From Octopus sinensis (Eukaryota), in assembly GCF_006345805.1 (NCBI RefSeq), contig NC_043006.1, forward strand, positions 98,456,001 through 98,520,000: DNA of 64,000 nucleotides, in the 5' to 3' direction. The notes below the pieces were generated by a model. It did not search any database and had not been told where the DNA came from. It saw only the letters and a program-made list of their open reading frames with translations. Below, in pieces: positions 52,656 through 64,000 of this stretch (position 1 is the stretch's first letter; every line of letters starts with the position of its first letter). The position numbers and the translations under genes were made by a program.

Positions 52656-53853
52656 GAGGCATAGACAAATACAGGTATATCACCGACATTGTAAAACTAC
52701 CTACCTCTCTAGAGCATGTATCTTTAGAAGGGAAGATAATTTCAACCATCTGGAATTGTCAAAATTGACATAGCATTAAGGAAACCCTATGTCTGGTGAT
52801 AAGAGGGTAGTCATAGATAGTAGTTTCTGCCTCAATAACCGCTAGCGATCTACTTTTACTGATGAGATGTGTGCAATATTTTTTTAGCAATGCTAGGAAT
52901 CCACTTAAGCAAGCACAAATACTTAACAAATATTTTGACTACAATATTTTGTATAAGCTGTGAATCATTGGCTAATATTATGCCGATGGATTGTTCTATC
53001 GGATAGATTCATTGAAATGTCACAAACAAATGCAGTGTCTGAAACAATAGGCTTCTTGTTTCTGGGTAAATTTAGTGACAGCCAATGTTAATGAACAGGT
53101 GTAAGGTAATTTGCAGTGATTAGCGATAACTTTTTTAAAACGCATACTTAATACAATTATACCTTGTTTGTTTATTAACAAATACGTAGTTAATTATGAA
53201 TTCACTTACTTATATATGAAAACTTATTATTTAAAGAAAATATTCTTTGGTTTCCGGCGGTTTGCCGTAAATATTATATAACTATATATATTGCTTGCCA
53301 AAATACAGTCAACTTAAAGACTTTATTGGCAGCACCGCAACATAGGGGAATTGTTCAACGCCATCTCTTCTTGTTGAATGATACAATTCTCTTTGGAGCA
53401 CTTAATTTCTGTCGAATTACTTATTTTTCAATAAATGTTGATTGATCAACCGATAACTTCATAAAGTACTAAAATGAGATGAAATGAAAATATAATAATT
53501 AAGATGCTCAAACTCTGTATAAAATTTAAGCCATAACGTTGCGTTTATAGGATGGATAAGACAAAAAATTACCTTGTATTATTTAAAATCATTTTGATTT
53601 ATATATTATCTACTGAGCTTTCAAATAAAAGAGATGTAATTCCCAACAATATTTATATGTTGGCAAGAAAATGGTACCATGAAATAGGTAGAGACTGCAT
53701 CTGGAACAGGATGGAATATTTTCCCGATAGAATAGTTTAAAGATTGTATTTATACCTGTGAATAAATTTATTTATTTTTCTGTTTCATATTTCTTTGTAT
53801 TTTAAATAGATTTGTTTATTTAGAATTTATTTCATCAGCATCATCATCATCAA

Positions 53854-53938
<85 letters not shown>

Positions 53939-53950
53939 ATTATTATTATT

Positions 53951-54167
53951 CAGTAGTTTTATTTTTATAGCGTGCTTTCACTTCACTACCGAGCACAGCT
54001 CTGTGTGCCTTGGGTATGTGCTGTGATTTGTTGTGATGCTCTGATGGTTATTGTATGGAAAGTGTTCTGCGTAGGATGTGTGCAGTGCCTAGTAGTGCAA
54101 TTTTCTGTATGTTATATGTGTTTGTAAGTCCTGGTGTTTTTGTAATGTATTTGTCTGAATATTTTTT

Positions 54168-54168
<1 letters not shown>
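53951..54168 (-). mobile_element. 5'-truncated R4/Dong-like LINE: ORF end plus 3' UTR, (TAA)n tail at 53854-53950
   Basis: Minus-strand IQKIALLGTAHILRRTLSIQ* matches the terminal xQKxxLLGTAxILR motif of R4-clade ORFs; (TAA)n on both sides. Confidence 0.8.
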
Positions 54169-54257
<89 letters not shown>

Positions 54258-54259
54258 CA

Positions 54260-55275
54260 GTATCATTATTACTTTCTGTTTATCACTGGATTTGTTGGAG
54301 CTCTTGGAGTCTTGCATGGTTAGCGGGCTCACTACCTGCACCCTACTGTACCATGATATTCATTCTTTTTAGCCTCTTGTAACAGTTCTACTGGGCACTC
54401 TAATCCAATTTCCATTATATTTTTCTTGATACCTTCCGATACTGTTCTCAAGGACCCAACAATATTTGGCACTATCTTCACCTTCTTCATTTCGTACATA
54501 AGAGAGTTGTATCTATCTATCTTTTCATCTTTCTTCTTGACCATCCGTGGGTTAAAGGGGCATGCATCTTCAACTCTATAGCATCCGTGGTGCATCTTGT
54601 CATCCGCCACTAGATCTATTCTGTTATGGCCTACCACTTGATGTGTTTGATTTAGGAGATCCCAGGTGATTTTACTAGTATCCAACTCCACCACTCTCTG
54701 CGGTTTGTGCTCATACCACGTCTTGTCTCTCTCTAGCCCCCACTTTTCGCACAGATTCCAATGTAACACTTTCGCTACCTGATCGTGTCGCCAAACTTTG
54801 GGCAAGTTTGGGACATTAGTTCGTGATCTGGGCCATGGTTTCATTTCTATTGCAAATGTGGCACAGCGGATACACTTGCTCATTCCTCAGGCTGACCGTC
54901 CAGTTCGTGTTCAGAGCTTGGCCCTACCCTGCCAGTATACTACTCTCGGTCTCTTTTGTTTTTGTTAGGTATCCATTGACCAGAATATTCAATCTAATTT
55001 TCCAGCAATTTCTGTTGTTACTACAAGGAATTGATTTTGTAGTCCCTTCTTCTGTAATTCTTCTTCATGCCATTTTTGTACTTCTCTTTTTTCTCTTATC
55101 TCAACACACCCTCGTTCCTAACTGTCACTAGCAAGATTTCCTTACTTTGGGCTAGGTTTTCCATTAAAATTTCGAGTTCGATACGCACGCAGTCCCCCAC
55201 ACTTATCAGTCTCCTTCCTTCAATTTCTCTCTTCACGTATAGGCGATCAGTGACTGCAGGTGGGTGATGGGTTCA
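54260..55275 (-). mobile_element. 5'-truncated R4/Dong-like LINE (thumb, CCHC knuckle, RLE domain), (TAA)n tail at 54172-54259
   Basis: DRLYVKREIEGRRLISVGDCVRIE; TESSILA..QALNTN; PLCHICNRNETMAQITN*CPKLAQ; RHDQVAKVLHWNLCEKWGL..WYEHKP..ITWD..HNRIDLV..DACPF..EKIDRY; stops and frameshifts. Confidence 0.92.
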
Positions 55276-55304
55276 ACTCCTCCTTCTTCTTCTTCTTCTT
55301 CTTC

Positions 55305-55389
<85 letters not shown>

Positions 55390-55413
55390 CATTGTTGTTG
55401 TTCTTGTTGTTCA

Positions 55414-55486
55414 GGTCATTGCTTGGAATCGAACTCGGAATCTTGGGGTTAGTAGCCCGCGCTCTTAACCACTGCGCCTTATGCCC
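55414..55486 (-). mobile_element. tRNA-like SINE head (not a functional tRNA)
   Basis: GGGCATAAGGCGCAGTGGTTAAGAGCGC...GAGTTCGATTCC: A-box, GCGC/GCGC D-stem and B-box, but only a 3 bp anticodon stem (ACT) and a poor acceptor stem; followed by an (AAC/AAT)n tract. Confidence 0.8.
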
Positions 55487-55549
55487 ACGGGCATATGGCG
55501 TAGTGGTTAACATGCAAAAATACCTTAGGAATGAGAATCCAGGTTCGAA

Positions 55550-55595
55550 GACACCTGAAGAAGGCTGGAGGGTATATCAACCGAAACGTTGTGTT
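55550..55595 (+). ncRNA. Minimal type I hammerhead ribozyme
   Basis: GACAC-CTGAAGA-A-GGCTG gagggtatat CAACC-GAAACGTT-GTGTT: 5 bp stem I, palindromic AACGTT stem III (dimer type), GUU triplet; one mismatch in stem II. Confidence 0.72.
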
Positions 55596-55741
55596 AACAA
55601 TAAATAAGATGAGGACAGATATCCGTCGAATGTAAACAATGTAAATAATGTAAGTAATATTAATGTTTTCTTTATTCACTTTATTTGCATGTGAAGACAA
55701 CAAAATAAATTTTAACAAGGAAAATATCCCCCAATTTATTA

Positions 55742-55801
<60 letters not shown>

Positions 55802-55869
55802 ATAATTAATTAATTTATTAATTTATTTATTTCATACGTGTGATATTTTTAAACTTAGAAACGTGGCCC

Positions 55870-56230
55870 CAAAACACTCACCTCGTCGATCTGGGGAAAT
55901 TACATTGATACTAATGTATCTAGATTTCCGACAACTTCCCGAAAACGCCATGATAACTAAATTTAAGAGAGTTGGAGAAATAGTTTTCATAGAAAAAAAA
56001 CGTATCGTATCATATCCGAAAGAAAAAAAAAATTGTGTTTGTTGAGATTGGCAATCTTGACGGAAGTGAGACTTAAGACACTGGAGAGGATCCAGAACAG
56101 ATCATAGAGCCCTAAAGGGTAACAAGTTCATGCGCGGTTGGGTAGACAGTAGAGCTGCTACAATTGTGGAAACATCAATCGCATCAAACCCTTCCGCCCC
56201 GAAAGTCAGGGAAGTATTAGGTGAAAGACA
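55870..56230 (+). pseudogene. Possible decayed LINE ORF1 (zinc-knuckle) relic
   Basis: QVHARLGRQ*SCYNCGNINRIKPFRP resembles VxVxGRxPxCYxCGxxGHxxxxCP of L1/Tx1-type ORF1; weak. Confidence 0.3.
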
Positions 56231-56879
56231 CCACTTTTATCAACTACTGTTACTAAATTACCGTTAATGATAAAAAAAACACCAATTACTGTATAACAAC
56301 TCCATAGCAACACAATCAGCATCGGCACCCGCAAAAGATCAAACGCAGCACCTGCAATAATAACACTGAAATCAGGGAAAAGTAACGAGAGACAATAGCA
56401 GGAATGAATTCTAACAATTATAATTTTGAGAATCTAAGATAACAATATATCTACAAAAACGGTGTTTCCTTGGACACCCCAGGCATGTTAGGTGGTAAAG
56501 ATTCCCAGGTCGACACTAAATGGCAAAAGTGAGAAAACATAGCATGAAGCAACAAAATCTTGTGAGAATGACCAGGTTACCGTTGATAAGGAAAACTAAA
56601 TCGATAAAAAAAAAAGAATTTTTCCAGCACTATAATACTCACAATTTCGAACGAACTTGTCTGATGATTTTGCACAACAATGCATCTCACCACCTTTAGA
56701 AGAAAAGAACCGTATCAGTGTTAATACTATTATCACGACTTACATCATGGCTGTAGATACAACAACATTATAACCTCGAGCACATCCTTATTCCCAAATA
56801 AACCAGAGCGTACACTGTATATATTAACCTACAAGCATCACTCTCGATAACTATATTGCATTAACGTAGTATTCTGTTG

Positions 56880-57800
56880 TTAATGTATCTTTGTATCTTT
56901 CTACAATATATTTCTCCAGAGGCCAAATTTGCGAGGAATACTTTTAAGTCGTTCATTGATTTTAGGTACATTATCTATTTTATATGTTGGTCATATTTCA
57001 CAGCCTTTTATCCCTTATCTTTGTAAGCATTAAGTTAAACACTGAGAAAATTTCCTCTAATATTCTGTTACATTTCCTCCGTGCTTGTTCCATATGTCTG
57101 ATATTAAACCAAAACTAGATCTGATGAAGTATATACTATTCTTTGTATGTACATATGTAACTGCATATTTCTTACTTTGTTTCACGTGGTGTTATTGCTG
57201 TTAGGTTGGTTTTCATAAAGTATAAAATAGCCAACCGTATACATTTTCATACTGCTATCGCTCTTTTAACATGGAAGTATTTCATTCGAACATATTGGTT
57301 GCATGAAAGGTGATAGCATATTTTCAATGTTTCTAGGTATTTTTTACATTCAGATTATGAAGTTCACAATTTCACCTATTTTTGCTTCCTATATATTTTT
57401 TTATAGTTGTGGTGTTTCTATTACGCAAGGTTGCTTTTGTTATTTACTTTGTTGTTTTCAGTTATGTCAAGTCTATTATTTTCAAATACCCAGTTTACAA
57501 CCTAAATATTTTTCAAGTATTTTTCTTCAAATAACTTCCTTCTATTTCAGATAATTCTAATATGTTGTTATATTTGGAATGTAGCTTCTCATGTTCTGAT
57601 CAATTCAATGTCCATTTTTTAATACTTGAGTGTTGTAAGCGATTCATCATTTAGTTAGTGTGTGGGTTTAGAATATGTATATAGAAAAGTAACGCCTGCT
57701 TCATGTCCATATATGCAATTTCTGTTTTACTTGTGAAAGGCGAGAAATGATGTTTGACCCTTGGGATTTGCATCATTTAACATGACCATAATTGTTGTTT
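56880..57800 (-). pseudogene. Possible decayed CR1/L2-type RT relic
   Basis: In-order minus-strand remnants SQGSNII (PQGS), AYMD (YADD), EKYLG, QIWP (VWSP); heavily degraded. Confidence 0.33.
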
Positions 57801-60018
57801 TAAATAAGACAAAATATGAATTGCAAAATGCGTGAAACGTGACCCTGTTACTTGCCTCAAATTCAAGATATATTCAATATACATAATATACATAGAGGTG
57901 TTTAATTTACAAAGATATTTGTGAATAACGAAGATGATGAAGGGAAACGAATATCTTCAGCATTATGAAGGTTGTTGAATAGAATATTTTTATAGAAAAT
58001 CTCAAGGTGCTTTATGAATGCTTAAGAACCATTGGAAATATTCTTTAAACAGATGTATTCTACGATTATAGAAACATTCTGGACGTGTAACTGCTCGTTG
58101 GAATCACAAGAATAAGCAATAAGACTGAACCCCAAAGAACCGGAAATTTGGAAGACGAGAAAGAGAGACGGATAGCAGTAGTGTCGGATACACAAGCTAC
58201 TATTTCCTTAACTTATTCAGTCGCTGCACCAAGGGTTTACGAAACATTCTTCCAAAGCTATATGCTCAAAATAAACAACCATTTTGTAGAATCACGTTAT
58301 CAGGTAGTAACATACCATTGACTTGTAATGATGTGAAGTGAATAAAACCTGAAAAATGTGCAGTAGGAAGCTGTGATTAATGTCTATATTAACCGAAATA
58401 TGTACACCCTACCCTTACTAGAATGTAGTCAGCTCTTCCTCATAAGGTGTAAGATACTTTTTATGGATGAGGATCTGGGGAATGAACTGAAGACAATCAC
58501 TGTGGATGATGTCTTGAATGGCAAACATTAAGAATGGAAGGCTCCCACACATTTAGGGCTCTCTTTCTACAATTAACATGCGTCTCACCTTTTTAGTACT
58601 TTTCTCAATTTGTGTCCCATGTCTACAAATTATGCTCTGCTTTAGTCATTGCGAAATATTCTTTTAATCTTGTACCAAGGTTCAGCATGTGAAACCCGGG
58701 AAACATATGTATTCTGCGATACTTTTTACTTCTGTAAAGGATTTAAGATAGATTGACTTGTTCATTGCAGTCTGTCCATACTCCATCATAGTTTCTTCTG
58801 CAATGGCGTTTTGTTCTTCAGCGTTAAAAGGAATTTATTTCTCTTTTCTTTCATGGTTAATTTCATGACTTCCGTTGTATTTTTCTACCAGTCTTAGTAT
58901 CTTTCAAAATGTTTCGGGAAATAAATGACACGAGACGACTTTTATACACTACTGAGATAGATATGTTTCCTGCTTTCTTGAACTGCACTTATCTCATTTT
59001 ATTTTCAAGATATATCCTATATAAACCTACAACTTTTTTGAAGTTGTTCCTCGTGCTGTTTCCAATATGTTCACCCTTGTTTCACATACTGGCGGCAATC
59101 TTATTCTTTATTATCTTCTTTTCAATTTAATACCTCAAATATCCTTTCTATTTATTGTATGCACTTAAATTGATAAAATACCAAGACACAATATATATTG
59201 ACACTAGTATTTGTTCCAACCATTTGAAACACAAAACAATTCAGGTAACAATACATTTTGACAAATCATCATTTTACTCTTTTTCTTCTCTTTTCTCTTA
59301 ATTTAAGCAATTTCTCCTACAAACAAATGGGTCATAAACTGCGTATTCTATCTTTTACATCTGCTCTGGCTTCATTCCTTTCAATCTGTATTATTTTAGA
59401 CACTTCACATACAATAATAGAAGAAGCAATTCACCAAACAAGGAGGGAAATTGCATTTACTAGCATTAGATAGATGAAATTTGGGTCAAACTCTGAGGTA
59501 CAAAACAGGAAACAGAATATCTTTTAGATTCTTTATGAAGCTGAGAAGTGTATCGATTACTTTTGTAAGGATAAAGGAAAAAAAGCATATATTTATGTGC
59601 TAATAAAGACATATAAACCATGGAAATATATTCCAGGACACGATTTTACGAGCTGCCATAGATTTACAGTGACACTATTTATTAGTTTGCTCCGACATTA
59701 ATCTTCATTCCGTCTGGCCTCAGAGACGCAAAAGGACTCGTCAAAATGGTTGCGAAAAATTAATTTCTACTTTAGTATGATGACATGTAAATATTCAGTA
59801 TTTATGTTTCCAGCTATTTTTTTCTTTTTTACATTTTTATTTATTTCCTTTGTAATTATGTCTGCCTCATTATCGGTTTACAACAAGAAAAAATTGCGTT
59901 AGGCTGTATGTGATTTTCTTTTCTTCATGAATTGATACATATCAATGCTTATGCACAGGCGCGCACACACGTATGCTTGTGTGGATTTATATATGAATTT
60001 ATATATATATATATACAG

Positions 60019-60107
<89 letters not shown>

Positions 60108-60267
60108 GTCTATGTGTAGTTATACATATATATATATGTGTGTATAAACACACAAACATATATACGAACATAAATATGTATATACATATATGAGTATATG
60201 CATATTTCCATATATATATATATATATATATACAACCAGAGACACTGACACATATTAGCATTAGCAT

Positions 60268-60391
60268 TAATTTATTGACCCCGAAAGGATGAAGGGCAAC
60301 GTCGGTAGAATTTGAACTCAGAACGTAGCGATAGGCGAAATGCCGCTACGTATCTTGTCCAGTATGTTAACGATTCTTCTAGCTTACCTCC
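60268..60391 (-). mobile_element. SINE family A, 5' half
   Basis: ttattgaccccgaaaggatgaagggcaa...gaatttgaactcagaacgta. Confidence 0.75.
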
Positions 60392-60829
60392 ATATCGTTA
60401 GTTAATAATATAAATTGTCTTTGGTTAAAGACGTTCAGGGTTGATTGTACGATATTTTTGAAGTAGGTATTTTTTCATATATCCGGTAGCAAAGTGCAGT
60501 TAGGTATACGAGCAGACAACTCTTCACTTATGGGCTGATTTTTTCCATATCGCTCAACACAGACGTTACGCGATGCAAATTTTGAACACAGTGTTGTAAT
60601 GAATTCCCCTCTATCGTTATTTGATTTGAAAATCTATCAAGGAAGTATGATTTTACATGTGGATCACGATGTGTTTCATAAATATTTTTACGAATTCGAT
60701 AAGCAAATATTTTCTTCTGCAAAATTTTCCATAAAGTTTCATTGATAAATCTTTTAAAAGTTGGCAATATGGTACCAAATCTAACAATAAGACATATTTA
60801 AACCTTACTAGCCTGAAGATAGTTAGAAA

Positions 60830-60898
<69 letters not shown>

Positions 60899-61790
60899 AT
60901 GTGTGTGTGTGGTGTGTGTGTGTATTTATATATATATATATAAATATATATAATTATATATAAAAGTTTTGAAAATGCAATTTTAAAGATGTTTATTCAC
61001 TTGACCGGTACCACATTTTTTAGAAAAAAGATTGTCAAAAGAAAAATGTAAAGCTTTATATAAGCTTTGTTGCGTTAAGTACTGGTTATCACAAAAGTAT
61101 CATATACATTCCTTGATAATAATAAGAAAAAGTTTAAAACATTTTACAAGGAAATATCTGAGAAAATAATAAATAAAAAGTGTTAGGAGTTCAATAAAAA
61201 TCATGTTTGATTTATCATTGATTCGATATTATTGATTGATTTTTGAAGTTAATATTAAGCTATTTTCGAAGTTTGTTTGATTTCTGTTCATCTTGCTAAG
61301 TAATTAGGGCACCCTCAGCGCTGTTGAAGGAAAATTTAAATAGTTCCCTTCCAATCTGCTAGGGCCATCCGAACATTACAAGTATCTTACGGCATACAAG
61401 GTGACTGGTTGATCGTGTGGCCGCTGCCTTTCCGGATCTTCCCATATTGAAAATCTTTCGTCCATCATTAAATGACCTTTATGCCGATAGAGGACAATGA
61501 ACGTCTAAGACATCTTATTGGCGAAAACCAAAGCTTCAGCAGAGGCAGTCCAACTTGCTGTAATTTTGAAGATATCCGTCGAAATGGCGCCTATGTGGCT
61601 AAATAATTCATTATGTCAATAAATGTGACAATATTATTATGGTCTTCTGTGAAATATATACTCAATGTATGGTTAATACGTATCATTACTCTTCATTTTC
61701 TGAAACAATTATCCAGACGATCTAGCGTTGCAAAGAGGGAAAAGGCACAAACATATAGATATAAATACACACATATAAAAAGTGGTATAT

Positions 61791-61858
<68 letters not shown>

Positions 61859-62275
61859 ATATATAAATATATACATATATATAAATATTTATATATATAT
61901 ATATACATATATATAAATATTTATATATATATATACATATATAAATTTATCCTGTTATTATTATTATTCTTTTTTGTATTTATATTCGTGTGGCATCGTC
62001 CGTTTTTATGTCCTTGTTTCGTATATATTCGATCCTTTTTCCAAGAAATCTAATGCACGTAGCTTAGTTTCTCCTTGGAGATGGCCGGATCGGAGCGATA
62101 CCAAGATTAATCAGCCTAAATTGCGAAGATGGTCCGGTTCTTGACTGAAGATTAGAGGCTTCGAATGACCCGTCCGTTTTTTTTTTTGTGTGTCGTCTAT
62201 TTGAATGTTTTGCGTTCTTGTCCCATTTTGTATTTTTATATATATGTTTTTATACATATATATGCATATACATAC

Positions 62276-62309
<34 letters not shown>

Positions 62310-62559
62310 GTATGTATATATATGTATATATATATATATATGTGTGTATATAAATGTATATATATGCGAAACATACGTACATACGTAGATACATAGGTAC
62401 ATGTTAAAAAGATATATTTTAGTACCAACATATGGTAAACAAACACAAAAACAGTAGATATACCAACATAGATGTCATATAAGGTCCATACCTAGATATG
62501 CACGCATAATTGTAGACATTTACGACATCAAGAAGTACTGTAGGTGCATATATCAACGG

Positions 62560-62900
62560 TAAAATGTATGTAACTATTAGGTATAGTGACAATTATTTGG
62601 TATGATGACATAAACCAGTAATAGTTAGAATGGGTATGTTGAGGAGGGGTTATATGGACACATTGTGCAAATAAAGTACAAAACATTATAGGTATATTGT
62701 ATACTAAGGAAAGGTATAATTTCTTTTATCCAGACATATGGAATGAAAAAGAGGTTTAGGGAGAGATAGATAAAGTTATAGCCCGATCTATTGTGGGTCA
62801 TGCAAATGTTTGGAGCAAATGATAAATGAAAAATAGTACCAAGATTATGTAAGATATATTGATGTAAAGGGGATGTGAGGAGTACATATATCCCATAGAA
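62560..62900 (+). pseudogene. Possible highly decayed LINE RT fragment
   Basis: Remnants resembling QNGFRxGRGCMD, FIDxEKA and VMQMFG in order; many stops. Confidence 0.25.
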
Positions 62901-62984
62901 AAAATAATATATAGATATATCATAAAAAATACCAACACTATTCTAAACAAGAGGACAATGAAGAATTAGTTAAGATTGATAAAT

Positions 62985-64000
62985 AGGAAATTCGTCACGT
63001 GTTTACACGAGAAATGATTCAACCCTAGTATTAACCAAATCTCCATTCATTTTCATTATTTTTTAAATTTCTTCCAAATACAACCAACAAAATTTATTAT
63101 TATTTCTGTAAGAAGGAGCAGAAGATAGAAAAATCAATATTGCTTCTTTTGAGTTACCGATGTTTTCTTTAGATAAACCTGTGCTATTCTCTTTTCTAGG
63201 GTCCGCAAAAGAAGATCTCGATTTAACTGAATTTTTGTTTGCAACCCTCGTATGTGTACCTACTGGAGTCCTGAGTAATGATAGCTGCTTGAAATACAAC
63301 TTCATTCATTTTATAATTTCTGTCTACTTCACAGGCATTTGGGAATCTATGATTACGATTTAAATTAGTGGGTGGTACTATGGTGTTATGTCTATATTTT
63401 TTGTGGTGTGGGTAGAGTGGAGTTATGTTTATAATCATTATAGTAGTTGTTAATTATAGGATTATTGGAGGTACTAGGTATATTTATTGTAGTTTTTTTT
63501 TATCATAATAGAATAGATTCAGTTTCTTTCAAATTTATTTTATTGTTTCCGTTAGTAAAGTTATGGATGCGATGCTCGTATTGATTAAGTTTTTTTTTAT
63601 TTTGTTTATTGTAGTTGTTATTTACGTGTTTTTGCTAATGTTATGTTGAGAGATTTATTATTATTGAGATATTCAGTTACACCTTTTTGGGGTGTACTAA
63701 TTGACTTAGGTTCACAAATATTACATATATTGTTCGTTTGCAAATGGGTTTTGGTATTATTAGTATTGATACTGTCGCTTTTATTATAATTAATTTCATA
63801 TTTATATTCAGGCTTCTTAAGTGCTAGGTTATAGAAGTCTTTATGTTTCTTAAATATTCCTTCATTAGATGATAATAGATTAATTCTTCTCTCTATGTTG
63901 CTGGTAAGATTTACTATAATGTTATATGGATGGTTACTTTGTGCGTTTATGTATGTGATATCATTGTTAGGTTTATGGTAAGGTTGGTGGGTGGAAATAT
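62985..64000 (-). pseudogene. Nematis-like PLE (thumb, linker and GIY-YIG), continuing beyond the window
   Basis: Frame 63998-63618 is open for 126 codons (HQPYHKPNNDITYINAQSNHPYNII..NIERRINLLSSNEGIF..FYNLALKK); downstream NEVVFQAAIITQDSSRYTYEG, SSFADPRKENSTGLSK and CWLYLEE match the C-terminal GIY-YIG of this PLE type. Confidence 0.88.

Noticed and set aside
55414-55486. Functional tRNA gene
   Set aside because: Short anticodon stem, atypical ACT anticodon, poor acceptor stem, no T-run terminator; SINE-like context.
57119-57145. CTGATGA followed by the palindrome AGTATATACT as a hammerhead (also CTGATGA at ~15320 and on the minus strand at ~34565)
   Set aside because: No correctly placed GAAA, stem III or stem I.
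62140-62175. Hammerhead at CTGAAGA 62145-62151
   Set aside because: GAAAC is altered to GAATG and the stems do not pair; counted only as a degenerate relic, not called as a feature.
63063-63305. 80 aa minus-strand ORF with a plausible donor site as a host exon
   Set aside because: Explained as the frameshifted GIY-YIG region of the 63-64 kb PLE.
63340-64000. C-depletion read as bisulfite-like or APOBEC hypermutation
   Set aside because: The minus strand keeps a 126-codon open PLE frame, so the skew is more simply the native A/C-rich coding strand.

Overview
AT-rich, microsatellite-dense eukaryotic DNA, intergenic or intronic. The SINE families and repeat landscape point to an octopod cephalopod (inference). 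I could not support any host protein-coding exon: almost all ORF-track entries are translated microsatellites or SINEs. The window is a retroelement and transposon graveyard. It holds three tRNA-headed SINE families (about 25 copies or fragments) and at least five Penelope-like element (PLE) relics with RT and/or GIY-YIG motifs. There are also three Tc1/mariner relics, two copies of a ~400 bp Helitron, several MITEs, and two 5'-truncated R4/Dong-like LINEs nested in (TAA)n. The most unusual signal is a set of minimal hammerhead ribozyme (HHR) motifs: four with complete cores and several degenerate ones, all next to (TA)n or (TAA)n tracts. Two loci are head-to-head foldbacks: a double-hammerhead palindrome at 48.2-48.5 kb (with a collapsed sister copy at 37.7 kb) and a tRNA-head plus hammerhead element at 55.4-55.6 kb. 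All calls are by eye; no database searches or folding programs were run.
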